Assembly (NCBI GenBank): GCA_937982565.1
Contig: CALJLN010000010.1
Coordinates: 22,945-46,944, forward strand
DNA length: 24,000 nt
Source of the DNA: an uncultured Phycisphaerales bacterium
GTDB lineage: Bacteria; Planctomycetota; Phycisphaerae; Tepidisphaerales; Tepidisphaeraceae
Reading direction: 5' to 3'
Shown here: positions 14,820 through 23,428 of the stretch, piece by piece
Position numbering within the stretch: position 1 is the first letter of the stretch
Layout of the letters: each line of letters begins with the position of its first letter
Position numbers and translations under genes: made by a program
Notes under the pieces: generated by a model
What the model was told of the DNA's origin: nothing
Databases searched by the model: none
The model's input: only the letters and a program-made list of their open reading frames with translations

Positions 14820-16601
14820 ATGGAAACGATCCAACACTCGCTGGAACAAGCATTTACGAAAGCCATTCACGCCGCATTCGGCGTCGCGGCCGACCCTCTG
14901 ATTACGGTCAGCGCCACGCCTCAGTTCGGCGACTACCAATCCAATGCCGCTATGGGCCTTTCCAAGCGCCTGGCCGCCGGGGGGACGAAAACCAGTCCAC
15001 GGCAGATCGCCGAGCAGGTGATCGCAAACCTGGACCTCGGCAAGATGGTTGATGCACCCCTCGGTACCCGGGACATTGCGGGTCCTGGTTTTATCAACAT
15101 CAGGCTTTCTCCGTCTTGGCTCGCTGGGCGTCTGGATGAAATCAGCCGCGACCCACGCCTTGGCGTTCCCAGGGCATCAGCTGCGATCAGAACGGTGGTC
15201 GATTACTCGGGACCGAACGTTGCTAAACAGATGCACGTCGGGCACTTGCGATCAACGATCATCGGCGATGCCATCTCGCGGGTGATTGAGCATCTGCATG
15301 GCGCTGAAAACGTGATTCGACAGAACCACATCGGTGATTGGGGCACGCAGTTCGGGATGTTGATCGCCCATCTGCGCCACGGCACGGGCAACTCTCCTTC
15401 GGTGGAGGGAGCTTCGGTAACGCCGGAGTCACACATAGCCGACTTGGAGGAATTCTACCGTCAAGCCAAGAAGCGGTTTGACGAAGACGCGGCATTTCAG
15501 GACGAAGCGCGCAAGACGGTTGTCCGCCTGCAATCGGGAGAGCCTGCGGAACGCGATGCGTGGCAGAAAATCGTCTTGGAAACCCGGCGCGACTATCAGC
15601 CGATTTATCTGCGGCTTAACGTCAAGCTTCGCGAAGAAGACGAACGCGGAGAGAGTTTCTACAATCCGTTTCTCGCCGATGTCGTTAACCACTTGAAGCA
15701 GAAGGGCTTAGCGGTCGAGAGCGAAGGCGCGACAGTGGTTTTCGTCGACGGCCCCGACAAGCCGCCGATGATTATCGAAAAGACCGGCGGCGGTTACCTT
15801 TACGCCACTACCGATCTAGCCGGAGTGCGCTACCGCATTCAGGAGTTGCACGCCAAGCACCTGATTTACACACACGATTCCCGGCAAGCCAACCACTTCC
15901 GGCAGGTGTTCGACACGGCCCGCAAGGCCGGGTGGGCGGGGAATGACGTACAGTTAGATTATACGCCCTTCGGCACCATGCTTGGTGCCGATGGAAAGCC
16001 GTTCAAGACACGCAGCGGGGATACGGTGAAGCTCAAGGATTTGCTCGACGAAGCGGAGGAGCGCGGCTACCAGATCGCAAAGGAAAAATCAGGCAGCCGC
16101 GGCACCGACATCAGCGACGAGCAACTGAAAGCCATCGGCCGGGCGATCGGCATCGGTGCGATCAAATATTCCGATCTCTCGAAGGACCGTACCAGCGACT
16201 ATGTCTTTAGCTGGGAGAAAATGCTCAGCATGGATGGGAATACGGCACCGTATCTGCAATACGCCTATGCGCGCACGCGATCAATCCAGAGAAAGGCTGG
16301 CAAGACTGATTCTCCTCCGGCCGGGATCAACCTAACACAGCCTGCTGAACTGATACTGGCCAAACATATCCTTCGTTTTGGCGAGGCGATTGAGATTGTC
16401 GCCCGCGACCTCAAGCCGCACCTGCTCTGCCTTTACCTTTATGATCTCGCGACGAAGTTCAGCGGATTTTTCGAGAACTGCCCTGTGATTCAGAGTGAAG
16501 AGCCGATTCGAGCGTCCCGTCTGGCCCTCTGCGACGTCACTGCCCGCACGCTGGCACAGGGCCTCGATCTTCTGGGGATCGAACACCCAGAGCAGATGTA
16601 G
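14820..16601 (+). CDS. argS: Arginine--tRNA ligase
   Basis: 593 aa with an N-terminal Arg-tRNA-synthetase add-on domain, a class I HIGH-type motif (PNVAKQMHVGHLRS), IGDWGTQFGML and a C-terminal DALR anticodon-binding end (LCDVTARTLAQGLDLLGI). Confidence 0.95.
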   Translation: METIQHSLEQAFTKAIHAAFGVAADPLITVSATPQFGDYQSNAAMGLSKRLAAGGTKTSPRQIAEQVIANLDLGKMVDAPLGTRDIAGPGFINIRLSPSWLAGRLDEISRDPRLGVPRASAAIRTVVDYSGPNVAKQMHVGHLRSTIIGDAISRVIEHLHGAENVIRQNHIGDWGTQFGMLIAHLRHGTGNSPSVEGASVTPESHIADLEEFYRQAKKRFDEDAAFQDEARKTVVRLQSGEPAERDAWQKIVLETRRDYQPIYLRLNVKLREEDERGESFYNPFLADVVNHLKQKGLAVESEGATVVFVDGPDKPPMIIEKTGGGYLYATTDLAGVRYRIQELHAKHLIYTHDSRQANHFRQVFDTARKAGWAGNDVQLDYTPFGTMLGADGKPFKTRSGDTVKLKDLLDEAEERGYQIAKEKSGSRGTDISDEQLKAIGRAIGIGAIKYSDLSKDRTSDYVFSWEKMLSMDGNTAPYLQYAYARTRSIQRKAGKTDSPPAGINLTQPAELILAKHILRFGEAIEIVARDLKPHLLCLYLYDLATKFSGFFENCPVIQSEEPIRASRLALCDVTARTLAQGLDLLGIEHPEQM

Positions 16602-16682
16602 CGCAAACTGGCACCAATCACTGTTCGGCACGGTCCGGGAGGCAAAGTCCGGGCGGTTGCGGTACGACTCTCGCTTCGCGGG

Positions 16683-17348
16683 CTATTTTCTGGTCGGATG
16701 CGAAGCGCGCAGCGGATCGGGCTTTCCTGCCTGCTGAAACGCTGCTTCGCGGGCGCGACACCTGCTACAGGCCCAGCACGAGTCGGCATTTTCATCAAAA
16801 CAGCTCCACGTACGCTCAAACGGCGTGCCAACCTGAAAGCCCACATCTACCACTTGCCAGGGTTCAAGGTCGAGTATGGGCGTCACCAGTTCGATGTCGC
16901 TGTGCGCACAGGGTTGCTGGATCAATTCGTTCCAAATCTGTACATACTCGGTTGCCTGCGCGAGTTCGTCGGTGTGTGGCCCCACTCGCAGGCCGAGGTA
17001 AACTGCCGCCGCCTGGTAGTGGATGGCGTAGATCCCTGCCGCGGCAATGAGTGGGAGGAGCTGGGAAAGCTGCGGGCCGAGCGGCGCCGACAGCCGCGGG
17101 TCGGCGGGAGGGGGCGCGGCGCTGGGGCGCGCGTCGAGCACGGTCATGAAAGGCATGCCAACCGTGTGTTCGCGATAGGGCTTGAAATGCGCAACTTGCA
17201 TGTCATACGCCTGCTTCGCGCGCGAAGTGACATTTCCGACAGTATCAACGTACAGCATGACGGGCCGATACTTCTGCGCCGCCATCGCAGTCACGACCGA
17301 CGACTGCACGCTGCCGTTGTTGAGGATGATTGCGATGTCTTTGGCCAT
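16683..17348 (-). CDS. QueC-family (7-cyano-7-deazaguanine synthase-like) protein with a degenerate PP-loop
   Basis: From the ATG at 17348 (MAKDIAIILNNGSVQSSVV...) the protein aligns by eye with QueC. The Rossmann-like start is present, but NNGSVQS stands where QueC has SGGxDS. It retains a C-terminal C-x7-C-x2-C-x2-C cluster (SCFDENADSCWACSRC). The ORF track extends to 17579, but that N-terminal part is Arg/Gly-rich and unconvincing. Confidence 0.6.
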   Translation of the reverse strand: MAKDIAIILNNGSVQSSVVTAMAAQKYRPVMLYVDTVGNVTSRAKQAYDMQVAHFKPYREHTVGMPFMTVLDARPSAAPPPADPRLSAPLGPQLSQLLPLIAAAGIYAIHYQAAAVYLGLRVGPHTDELAQATEYVQIWNELIQQPCAHSDIELVTPILDLEPWQVVDVGFQVGTPFERTWSCFDENADSCWACSRCRAREAAFQQAGKPDPLRASHPTRK

Positions 17349-17419
17349 GCTGTCTGGAAGCCGTTTCCTGTCTGGTTCGCTCGCGGTCGATTGTCGATTG
17401 GTACCTTGCGGGATGCAAG

Positions 17420-18436
17420 TTAATCGGCAACAGACAATAGCACCTTTGTCACGCCCGGTCGGCTCGCCAGCAACATCGCCTCCGCGCCCTGCTCTAACTT
17501 CATCCTGCGGTGAACGAGGGAAAGCACATCCACCTCTCGAGAGGCGAGCGCGCGGATTGCCTCGCGAAAAGGCCCGCACCGACTGCCAAGCAGGGTCACT
17601 TCGTCGATGACCAGCGGCGCAAGGTTGAGCGGCTTGCCCTGAGCGACCGTGCTCTTCAGCACGATGGTCCCCCGCGGGCGAACCATCGCCATCGCCAGTT
17701 CAAGCCCCGCGGCTGATCCCGTGCAATCAACTACGACGTCTTGATCGTGCCTCGCTGCGATTTCGTCAACCGCTCGCGCCCGAATAGACCACTTTTCACA
17801 CAGCGCGAGCTTCGGCGCGTGCCGGCCAATCACCCTTACGGGCGCGCCGACGTTTCTCAATACTTGTGCAACGAGAAGACCCAGTTTGCCATCGCCCAGC
17901 ACTGTGACCCACTTCCGGCCATCGAGTGTGATCTGTTTAAGAATCTGAAATGCCGCTGCGAGTGGTTCGACAAATACCGCGGCGTCGTCGTCGACTGTGT
18001 CGGGCAGCACATGCAGGTTACTGGCTGGCAGGCGAGCAAAATCTGCAAACGCCCCGCCGTGGTTGAGGATGCCCATCACGCTGCGATTTCGGCAGTGCGT
18101 GCTTAGTCCGGCCATGCAGAGGTCGCACTTGCCGCATACCACGTTGATCTCACCACACACGCGCTTGCCGACAATCTCCGGCTTCGGCGAAGTTTCGACC
18201 GTTGCGACAAACTCATGACCTAACACGCCCCGGAAGCCCATGTAACCGCGGCAGATTTCCTGGTCAGTGGAGCAAATCCCGGCCATCCGGACACGCAAAA
18301 GCGAGTCGCCCTCTCCCGCCGGAGGCTCGGGGTGATGGGGCTCGAATCGGAGTGCGTTGTCGTAACTGAGTGCACGCATGGGGCAATGGGCATCCGGCAG
18401 AATGCAGCGACCGTGTTCAAACGCGCCCTGGCTCAT
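17420..18436 (-). CDS. Zinc-dependent medium-chain alcohol dehydrogenase/reductase family protein
   Basis: Catalytic Zn ligands are present (GICSTD, GHEF). So are the structural Zn motif CGKCDLCMAGLSTHC and the NAD(P) fold VLGDGKLG. An alternative, homology-typical start is MRALSYDN at 18379. Confidence 0.8.
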   Translation of the reverse strand: MSQGAFEHGRCILPDAHCPMRALSYDNALRFEPHHPEPPAGEGDSLLRVRMAGICSTDQEICRGYMGFRGVLGHEFVATVETSPKPEIVGKRVCGEINVVCGKCDLCMAGLSTHCRNRSVMGILNHGGAFADFARLPASNLHVLPDTVDDDAAVFVEPLAAAFQILKQITLDGRKWVTVLGDGKLGLLVAQVLRNVGAPVRVIGRHAPKLALCEKWSIRARAVDEIAARHDQDVVVDCTGSAAGLELAMAMVRPRGTIVLKSTVAQGKPLNLAPLVIDEVTLLGSRCGPFREAIRALASREVDVLSLVHRRMKLEQGAEAMLLASRPGVTKVLLSVAD

Positions 18437-18448
18437 TCAAGCTGCGCG

Positions 18449-19123
18449 TTAGCCGAATGGATTTGTGTCACTAGCCAGTAGCCCCAGCCACGCACCTTCA
18501 TCATACTTGAAGTCGGCCCGGGTTAAGCCGACGAGGCTCTGCCGCGCCTGCCACGCGATCGCAAAATCACGCTGATTGAGAAGCGAAATCAGCCCCCGGG
18601 CCACTTCCACCCGTTGATAATTCCTGAGGGCATCGGCGGCTGCGATGCGGACGTCGCGGTCTTCGCGCGTGTCGGCGGCCATCTGAAGAAGCCTTGGAAT
18701 CGCTGCTTCATCCGGCACATTCGCCAGTGCTTTTACCGACTCCAGCCGCACGCGAAGCTGTGGATCGCTCAATCCCTGAATAAACAGCGGCGTGGCGGAA
18801 GCGTCTCGCGAGCGATTGAGAGCGCGCAGCGCGGTCGCACGGACAAGAAAATTGGAATCGGTCTGGGCGATCTGCTGATATCGGGTCGTGTAAGGTTCGC
18901 CGCGGCCGAACGAACGCGCGCTCAGCCGATTGATGCCCTCGCGGCGCTCGTCAGGGAAGTACTGATCTTCCATCCGGGTCGCGGCGGCGGTGGGTGTATT
19001 GCCGGTAATCAGGTCGCCCGCTCGTCCCAGGAAATCGCCGAAATCATTGCGCACCTTGGATGTGGAGCACCCCGCCACGACGCCGGGGAGCAATAAGGCT
19101 GAGATGAGTCGAATTCGTCGCAT
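18449..19123 (-). CDS. HEAT-repeat lipoprotein
   Basis: A lipoprotein signal with lipobox is present (LLLPGVVAGC). HEAT/PBS-lyase-like repeats follow (VRATALRALN, RVRLESVKALANVPDEAAIPRLLQMA, DVRIAAADALRNY). Confidence 0.7.
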   Translation of the reverse strand: MRRIRLISALLLPGVVAGCSTSKVRNDFGDFLGRAGDLITGNTPTAAATRMEDQYFPDERREGINRLSARSFGRGEPYTTRYQQIAQTDSNFLVRATALRALNRSRDASATPLFIQGLSDPQLRVRLESVKALANVPDEAAIPRLLQMAADTREDRDVRIAAADALRNYQRVEVARGLISLLNQRDFAIAWQARQSLVGLTRADFKYDEGAWLGLLASDTNPFG

Positions 19124-19202
19124 GAGACCCGCTTCCTTCCAAAATCTGTCGTCGGCTGTCTGTCAGCGGCCGCGGTTCGCGCTGGCCATGTCGGCAACTA
19201 TA

Positions 19203-20060
19203 CTAACCTGCCGCCCGCACTCGGGCAGGCTCGGCGCTGGGTAGGTCCTCAAGCGGCACCCACTCCGGTTCATCGATCGTGAGACCGACCATTTTGCCTG
19301 CAAGCACGCGGTAACGCGCGGGGTCGTCGGTAACGAACGATCTTAGCTGACCCGCCCCGCCCGCGCGGAGTCGATTGGCTGACCTCAACCGTCGCGTGAC
19401 ATCATCGGCGCATCGCTGAGAAGCGTCAACCACCGCCACCCCGCCGCCGACCATCTGGGCAATCGCGCTCTTGTACACCCCGTAATGCGTGCACCCCAGG
19501 ATCAACACCTGAATGCCGCGTGCCATGAGTGGATGGAGGTATTGCCTCAGGGCGAGCCGCACGAGCGGGTCGGTCGCATCGCGGCCTTCTTCGATCATCG
19601 GGACGAGAAGCGGCGCGGGCCGCAGGAGCAAAGTCGCCCGGTTGCGCCGGCGGGCGAGTGCGCGCTCGTATGCCTTGCTACGAAGAGTTGCTTCGGTTGC
19701 GACGATTGCGAGCAACGGCGCGTTGGCCGCCCCCGCCGCCTCGACCGCTGCTCGGGCGGTTGGTTCAATTACGCCGGAGATGGAGATATCCGGAAACTCT
19801 GCCCGAATCGCGTCAAGGGCAATGGCTGAGAGCGTATTGCAGCCCAGCAACACGTGTTTCGGATTTTCAGACTGGACAAAACGCACGATTTGCCGCGCGA
19901 AGCCTATGATTGTTTGAGGCGTGCGCGGGCCGTAGGGCAGCCTCGCGGTATCGGCGAAGCTGATGATCTGTTCGCAGGGCAGCGCGCGGTGGATCGCCCG
20001 GACAAGCGTTAACCCACCCAGCCCGCTGTCGATGACGGCAATCGGTCGAGGATCAGACAC
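19203..20060 (-). CDS. murI: Glutamate racemase
   Basis: IAVIDSGLGGLT and the two catalytic Cys motifs LGCNTLS and LGCTHY are present. The start is a GTG at 20060. Confidence 0.9.
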   Translation of the reverse strand: MSDPRPIAVIDSGLGGLTLVRAIHRALPCEQIISFADTARLPYGPRTPQTIIGFARQIVRFVQSENPKHVLLGCNTLSAIALDAIRAEFPDISISGVIEPTARAAVEAAGAANAPLLAIVATEATLRSKAYERALARRRNRATLLLRPAPLLVPMIEEGRDATDPLVRLALRQYLHPLMARGIQVLILGCTHYGVYKSAIAQMVGGGVAVVDASQRCADDVTRRLRSANRLRAGGAGQLRSFVTDDPARYRVLAGKMVGLTIDEPEWVPLEDLPSAEPARVRAAG

Positions 20061-20145
20061 AGTTTCTTATCGGACGCCATGACTGTTGGCCTTGAAATTC
20101 GACCGAAAACGGACGACACTACTGTCCTTAACTGTTGGAGACACC

Positions 20146-20544
20146 ATGAGTTCCGCACTTCAAGGTAAACGCATCCTTCTCGTCGATGATGACGGCGATA
20201 TTCTCACCAGCCTGCAGGCGGCGTTCGAGCCGACGGGTGCCGTGATCGAGAGCGCATCCAACGGCAACAAGGCAGTCGAGCTCGCCGAGGCCAACGAGCC
20301 CGATTTGGTGGTTCTCGACATGATGCTCCCCGGCAGAAGCGGCTTTCTCGTTCTGGAAAAGATCAAGGCCAAAAAGCCCCGGGGCAGCAAGCCTTTTGTG
20401 ATAATGATCACAGGGAACCAAGGTGGGCGACACAAGATGTTTGCCGAGACGCTTGGCGTAAACGAGTACTTCAATAAGCCCGTTAAGTTGGACAAGCTGA
20501 TCTCGACAGCCGAGCGCCTGCTTGCCCCCCCGCCTGCCGGGTAA
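20146..20544 (+). CDS. Single-domain CheY-like response regulator
   Basis: KRILLVDDD, DLVVLDMMLPG (phospho-acceptor Asp), VIMITG and FNKP (conserved Lys) are present. There is no output domain. The ORF opens at 20086; the ATG at 20146 (MSSALQGKRILLVDDD) is the likely start. Confidence 0.85.
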   Translation: MSSALQGKRILLVDDDGDILTSLQAAFEPTGAVIESASNGNKAVELAEANEPDLVVLDMMLPGRSGFLVLEKIKAKKPRGSKPFVIMITGNQGGRHKMFAETLGVNEYFNKPVKLDKLISTAERLLAPPPAG

Positions 20545-20675
20545 GTACACGGCCGGGGGTCCATGCCGATGCGCCCTAAGCGCTCGCAAGAGCATCCGCG
20601 GAACAGGAAGCTCGCGAACAACGATGAAACACCCACCCGCGGCGCAGTTGCCCGCGCAGTCTTAGCCAGCGGGCC

Positions 20676-21488
20676 TCAAGCCGGCTTGCCCTTCTTCGGC
20701 GGATTGATGTGTTCCTTGGTCGTAATCCGAGGCCGCTTGCCATACCGCGTGCCTTCGCCGGTATCCTGCGCCTTGTAACCGCTCAGCGGGGTTTGCTGGC
20801 GCATCGGTCCTGCATCGGGTTCGGTTGGCTCGTCGTTCGGCGACCACCAATGCTCTTTCACGCCCTCCACAACCATCTTCACCGCTTCTTCGGGAGAATC
20901 GACGATGCGGAAAATGTCTACGTCCTCGCGATCGACAAAATTGGGGATGAGCGTCTTTTTCATCCACTCCACCAAACCAGTCCAGAACTCGCTGCCGTAG
21001 AGGATGACCGGAAAGGCATCAACTTTCGTAGTCTGGATGAGAGTCATGGTCTCAAAAAACTCATCGAGGGTTCCGAACCCGCCGGGGAAACAAATGAAGG
21101 CGTCGGCATACTTCACAAACATGACTTTGCGCGCGTAAAAATAGTGAAAATCGAGGCTGGTTGTCTGATATCGGTTGCCTTCCTGTTCTTTAGGCAAGGT
21201 AATGTTCAGCCCGATACTCTGCCCGCCGGCCTCGAATGCGCCTTTGTTCCCGGCTTCCATGATGCCCGGCCCCCCGCCGGTGATGGTGGCAAAGCCTTCC
21301 TTCACAAGCAGGCGCGCCGTCTCCTCGGCAGCCTGGTAATATTTGTCGTCTGGCGCGGTTCTGGCCGAACCAAAAATCGACACCGCAGGACCAACCTCGG
21401 CCATTACCTCAAAGCCTTCGACAAACTCGGACATAATCCGAAAAATTCGCCACGAATCCTTGCCGTCAATCTCTTGTTTCTCGAGCAT
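20676..21488 (-). CDS. LOG-family / TIGR00730 Rossmann-fold nucleotide-binding protein (cytokinin riboside 5'-monophosphate phosphoribohydrolase-like)
   Basis: VSIFGSAR, ITGGGPGIMEAGNKGA and the PGGFGTLDE (PGGxGTxxE) motif are present. A ~60-aa basic, probably disordered C-terminal tail follows. Confidence 0.85.
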   Translation of the reverse strand: MLEKQEIDGKDSWRIFRIMSEFVEGFEVMAEVGPAVSIFGSARTAPDDKYYQAAEETARLLVKEGFATITGGGPGIMEAGNKGAFEAGGQSIGLNITLPKEQEGNRYQTTSLDFHYFYARKVMFVKYADAFICFPGGFGTLDEFFETMTLIQTTKVDAFPVILYGSEFWTGLVEWMKKTLIPNFVDREDVDIFRIVDSPEEAVKMVVEGVKEHWWSPNDEPTEPDAGPMRQQTPLSGYKAQDTGEGTRYGKRPRITTKEHINPPKKGKPA

Positions 21489-21527
21489 CGTCTCCTTTTA
21501 CAAAGCCGAGAGATGATACTGGAGACG
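21489..21527 (-). promoter_or_regulatory. 5'-UTR hairpin that would sequester the LOG-gene ribosome-binding site
   Basis: In mRNA sense: CGUCUCC (21527-21521), a 25-nt loop, GGAGACG (21495-21489), then immediately AUG (21488). This is a perfect 7-bp stem whose 3' arm contains the GGAG Shine-Dalgarno. Confidence 0.3.
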
Positions 21528-21649
21528 AGGCTGCTCAGGAATGGCTCGGCACTGATCTTGCGCCGAAAAATCAAGCGGAAACGCGATAAACTTGAAATGC
21601 ACCCCGTGGACCAAAGTTCGCTGGTTCCTGATCGAACATGAGCGAAGCC

Positions 21650-22570
21650 TCACGCCATTGCTTGGGGATGTCTGCTATCAACGATTGTCAGCTCAGCCGC
21701 CTTGGCATTGGCTTGCACCTGCGCCACACTCTTGCAACCCGGAATGACCGCAGACACTGCTGGGTGTTGCAGGCACCATGCCAGGGCGAATGTGGCTAAC
21801 TCGGTGCCGTGGGGCGATTCGGCTCGAGCGCGCTCGATCGCGCGATGCGTTTCGTCGCCGTGTGCCATCGCGCGTTTCCTCGATCGCACATCGCCGCCGG
21901 GAAAGACGTGCCCTGGCTCATATTTTCCGCTAAGCATGCCGCTGGCTAACGGCACGCGTGCCAAAACGCCCAGATCCTGTTCAACACAGAGGGGGAACGT
22001 CGTGCCTTCAGGCTCACGGCTCAGGTAGTTATAAACGATCTGAATGACTGAAATCTGCCGCTCGCGGCTCGCACCGATCTGTCTGACGTTCTGGTTATTC
22101 CCAATCGAGTTGCCGAGATACCGAATCTTGCCCTCGCTGCGCAGCCGCAGGAGCGATTCCATCACATCGTCTTGAAAAAACTGGCTGTCGCCCCAGCTAT
22201 GATACTGCTGGATGTCGAGGTAGTCGGTCTGCAATGCCCGAAGCGATGCCTCGGTTTGTTCCACCACGTCCGCGGGTGTGCGTGGTTCGGTACGATTCAT
22301 GTAGCCGTGAAACTTGTGCCCGAACTTGCTCGCAATGATCCATCGATCGCGCTGGCCGGATATCGCGGTTCCGGTGAGGCGTTCTGATTCGTGATCGCCG
22401 TAGCATTCTGCGGTATCGATGAGGTTGATCCCTGCTTCGCCCGCCGCTGCAAACATCTCCTTGACTTCATCGGTAGTAAAACTCTTCCCCCACTCGCCTC
22501 CGAACTGCCATGTTCCAACGCCAATCACTGAGACGGGCAGGTCGGTGCTGCCAAGTCGACGGTATCGCAT
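21650..22570 (-). CDS. Aldo/keto reductase family oxidoreductase
   Basis: MRYRRLGSTDLPVSVIGVGTWQFGG, INLIDTAECYG and the C-terminal LAWCLQHPAVSAVIPGCKS pattern are typical of AKR11/13-type enzymes. Confidence 0.9.
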   Translation of the reverse strand: MRYRRLGSTDLPVSVIGVGTWQFGGEWGKSFTTDEVKEMFAAAGEAGINLIDTAECYGDHESERLTGTAISGQRDRWIIASKFGHKFHGYMNRTEPRTPADVVEQTEASLRALQTDYLDIQQYHSWGDSQFFQDDVMESLLRLRSEGKIRYLGNSIGNNQNVRQIGASRERQISVIQIVYNYLSREPEGTTFPLCVEQDLGVLARVPLASGMLSGKYEPGHVFPGGDVRSRKRAMAHGDETHRAIERARAESPHGTELATFALAWCLQHPAVSAVIPGCKSVAQVQANAKAAELTIVDSRHPQAMA

Positions 22571-22682
22571 GTGCGAATTCTAGGCCGAGTGGTTAAAAAT
22601 GTCGGAAATAGCAAGCGGCTTCAGCCGAACCCTTCGGTAGGGAAGCTTGGATCGCAACAGGTCATTTTGAAAGGCAGGGTTT

Positions 22683-23339
22683 GTGAGGCGCATAGTTACG
22701 ATCATCGGAACGTTGGGCATGCTCGTTCTGCCCACGGGGTGCTTTTCTGGGATCTCCGAAGTAGCAGGCTCGGGTATCAGTGCGACCGAGCAGCGGGAGG
22801 TCGGCGCATTCAAAAGCGTTTCGTCTTCAGGGTCGATGGACCTCAGCATCACCATTGGCACGGAGCAGTCCGTCCGCGTGACTGCCGACGACAACCTCCT
22901 GCCGCTCATTGAAACCAAGCTTGTCGGCAGCCAGTTGCGGATTCGCCCAGTCGAGCCGATCTCGGCAAGGACTGACTTGCGCGTCGATATCGTCATACCT
23001 GTGCTGGAGGGCGTGGCGTTGTCAGGCTCGGGATCGGCAACGCTCGCCGGCCTCACCGAGCCATCGCTCGATTTGTCGATCGCGGGGAGTGGCGATGTGT
23101 CAGCGAGCGGGACAGCAGACAATCTTTCGGCGAGCATTGCTGGGTCGGGTTCGCTGCGGCTGTTCAACCTCGCCACCAAGGCGGCTGAGATCAAAATTGC
23201 CGGTAGCGGCGATGCGGAGATCAACGCAGCCGAGAGCCTGAGTGCCGCCATCGCCGGAAGCGGGAGCGTACGCTATGCCGGCGCACCACAATTGCAGCAG
23301 AAGGTGTCCGGCAGCGGGACGATTCGCCAGAAAGATTAA
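22683..23339 (+). CDS. DUF2807 (putative adhesin 'head GIN' domain) lipoprotein
   Basis: A lipobox signal is present (LGMLVLPTGC, GTG start). GSG-containing beta-solenoid-like units repeat (LSGSGSATL, IAGSGDVSA, IAGSGSLRL, IAGSGDAEI, IAGSGSVRY, VSGSGTIRQ). Confidence 0.75.
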   Translation: MRRIVTIIGTLGMLVLPTGCFSGISEVAGSGISATEQREVGAFKSVSSSGSMDLSITIGTEQSVRVTADDNLLPLIETKLVGSQLRIRPVEPISARTDLRVDIVIPVLEGVALSGSGSATLAGLTEPSLDLSIAGSGDVSASGTADNLSASIAGSGSLRLFNLATKAAEIKIAGSGDAEINAAESLSAAIAGSGSVRYAGAPQLQQKVSGSGTIRQKD

Positions 23340-23428
23340 CCCCGATCACTGCATCGCGGGTGATCATCGCCCCCATCTCATGGCCAACGCGCCTCCGCAA
23401 GGCTCGTTACGCAGGGAGTGCACCGGGC

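Noticed and set aside
16639-16656. GAGGCAAAGTCCGGGCGG resembles the RNase P RNA CR-I motif (GAGGAAAGTCCGGGC)
   Set aside because: It sits in an 81-bp convergent intergenic gap. A ~350-nt RNase P RNA would have to overlap the well-supported QueC-like CDS. No CR-IV or CR-V counterparts (for example ACAGAAnCCGGCTTA) were found nearby.
16698-17423. A 241-aa plus-strand ORF opposite the QueC-like gene
   Set aside because: The product is Arg-rich and low-complexity. The minus-strand frame shows end-to-end QueC-like features, including the Cys cluster.
20709-21641. A 310-aa plus-strand ORF opposite the LOG-family gene
   Set aside because: This is an antisense shadow ORF. The minus-strand frame contains the diagnostic PGGxGTxxE and GGGPGIM motifs.
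22580-23251. A 223-aa minus-strand ORF opposite the DUF2807 gene
   Set aside because: The plus-strand frame has a lipobox signal peptide and regular GSG repeat units. The minus-strand frame is Ser/Ala/Leu/Pro low-complexity sequence generated by the repeat.
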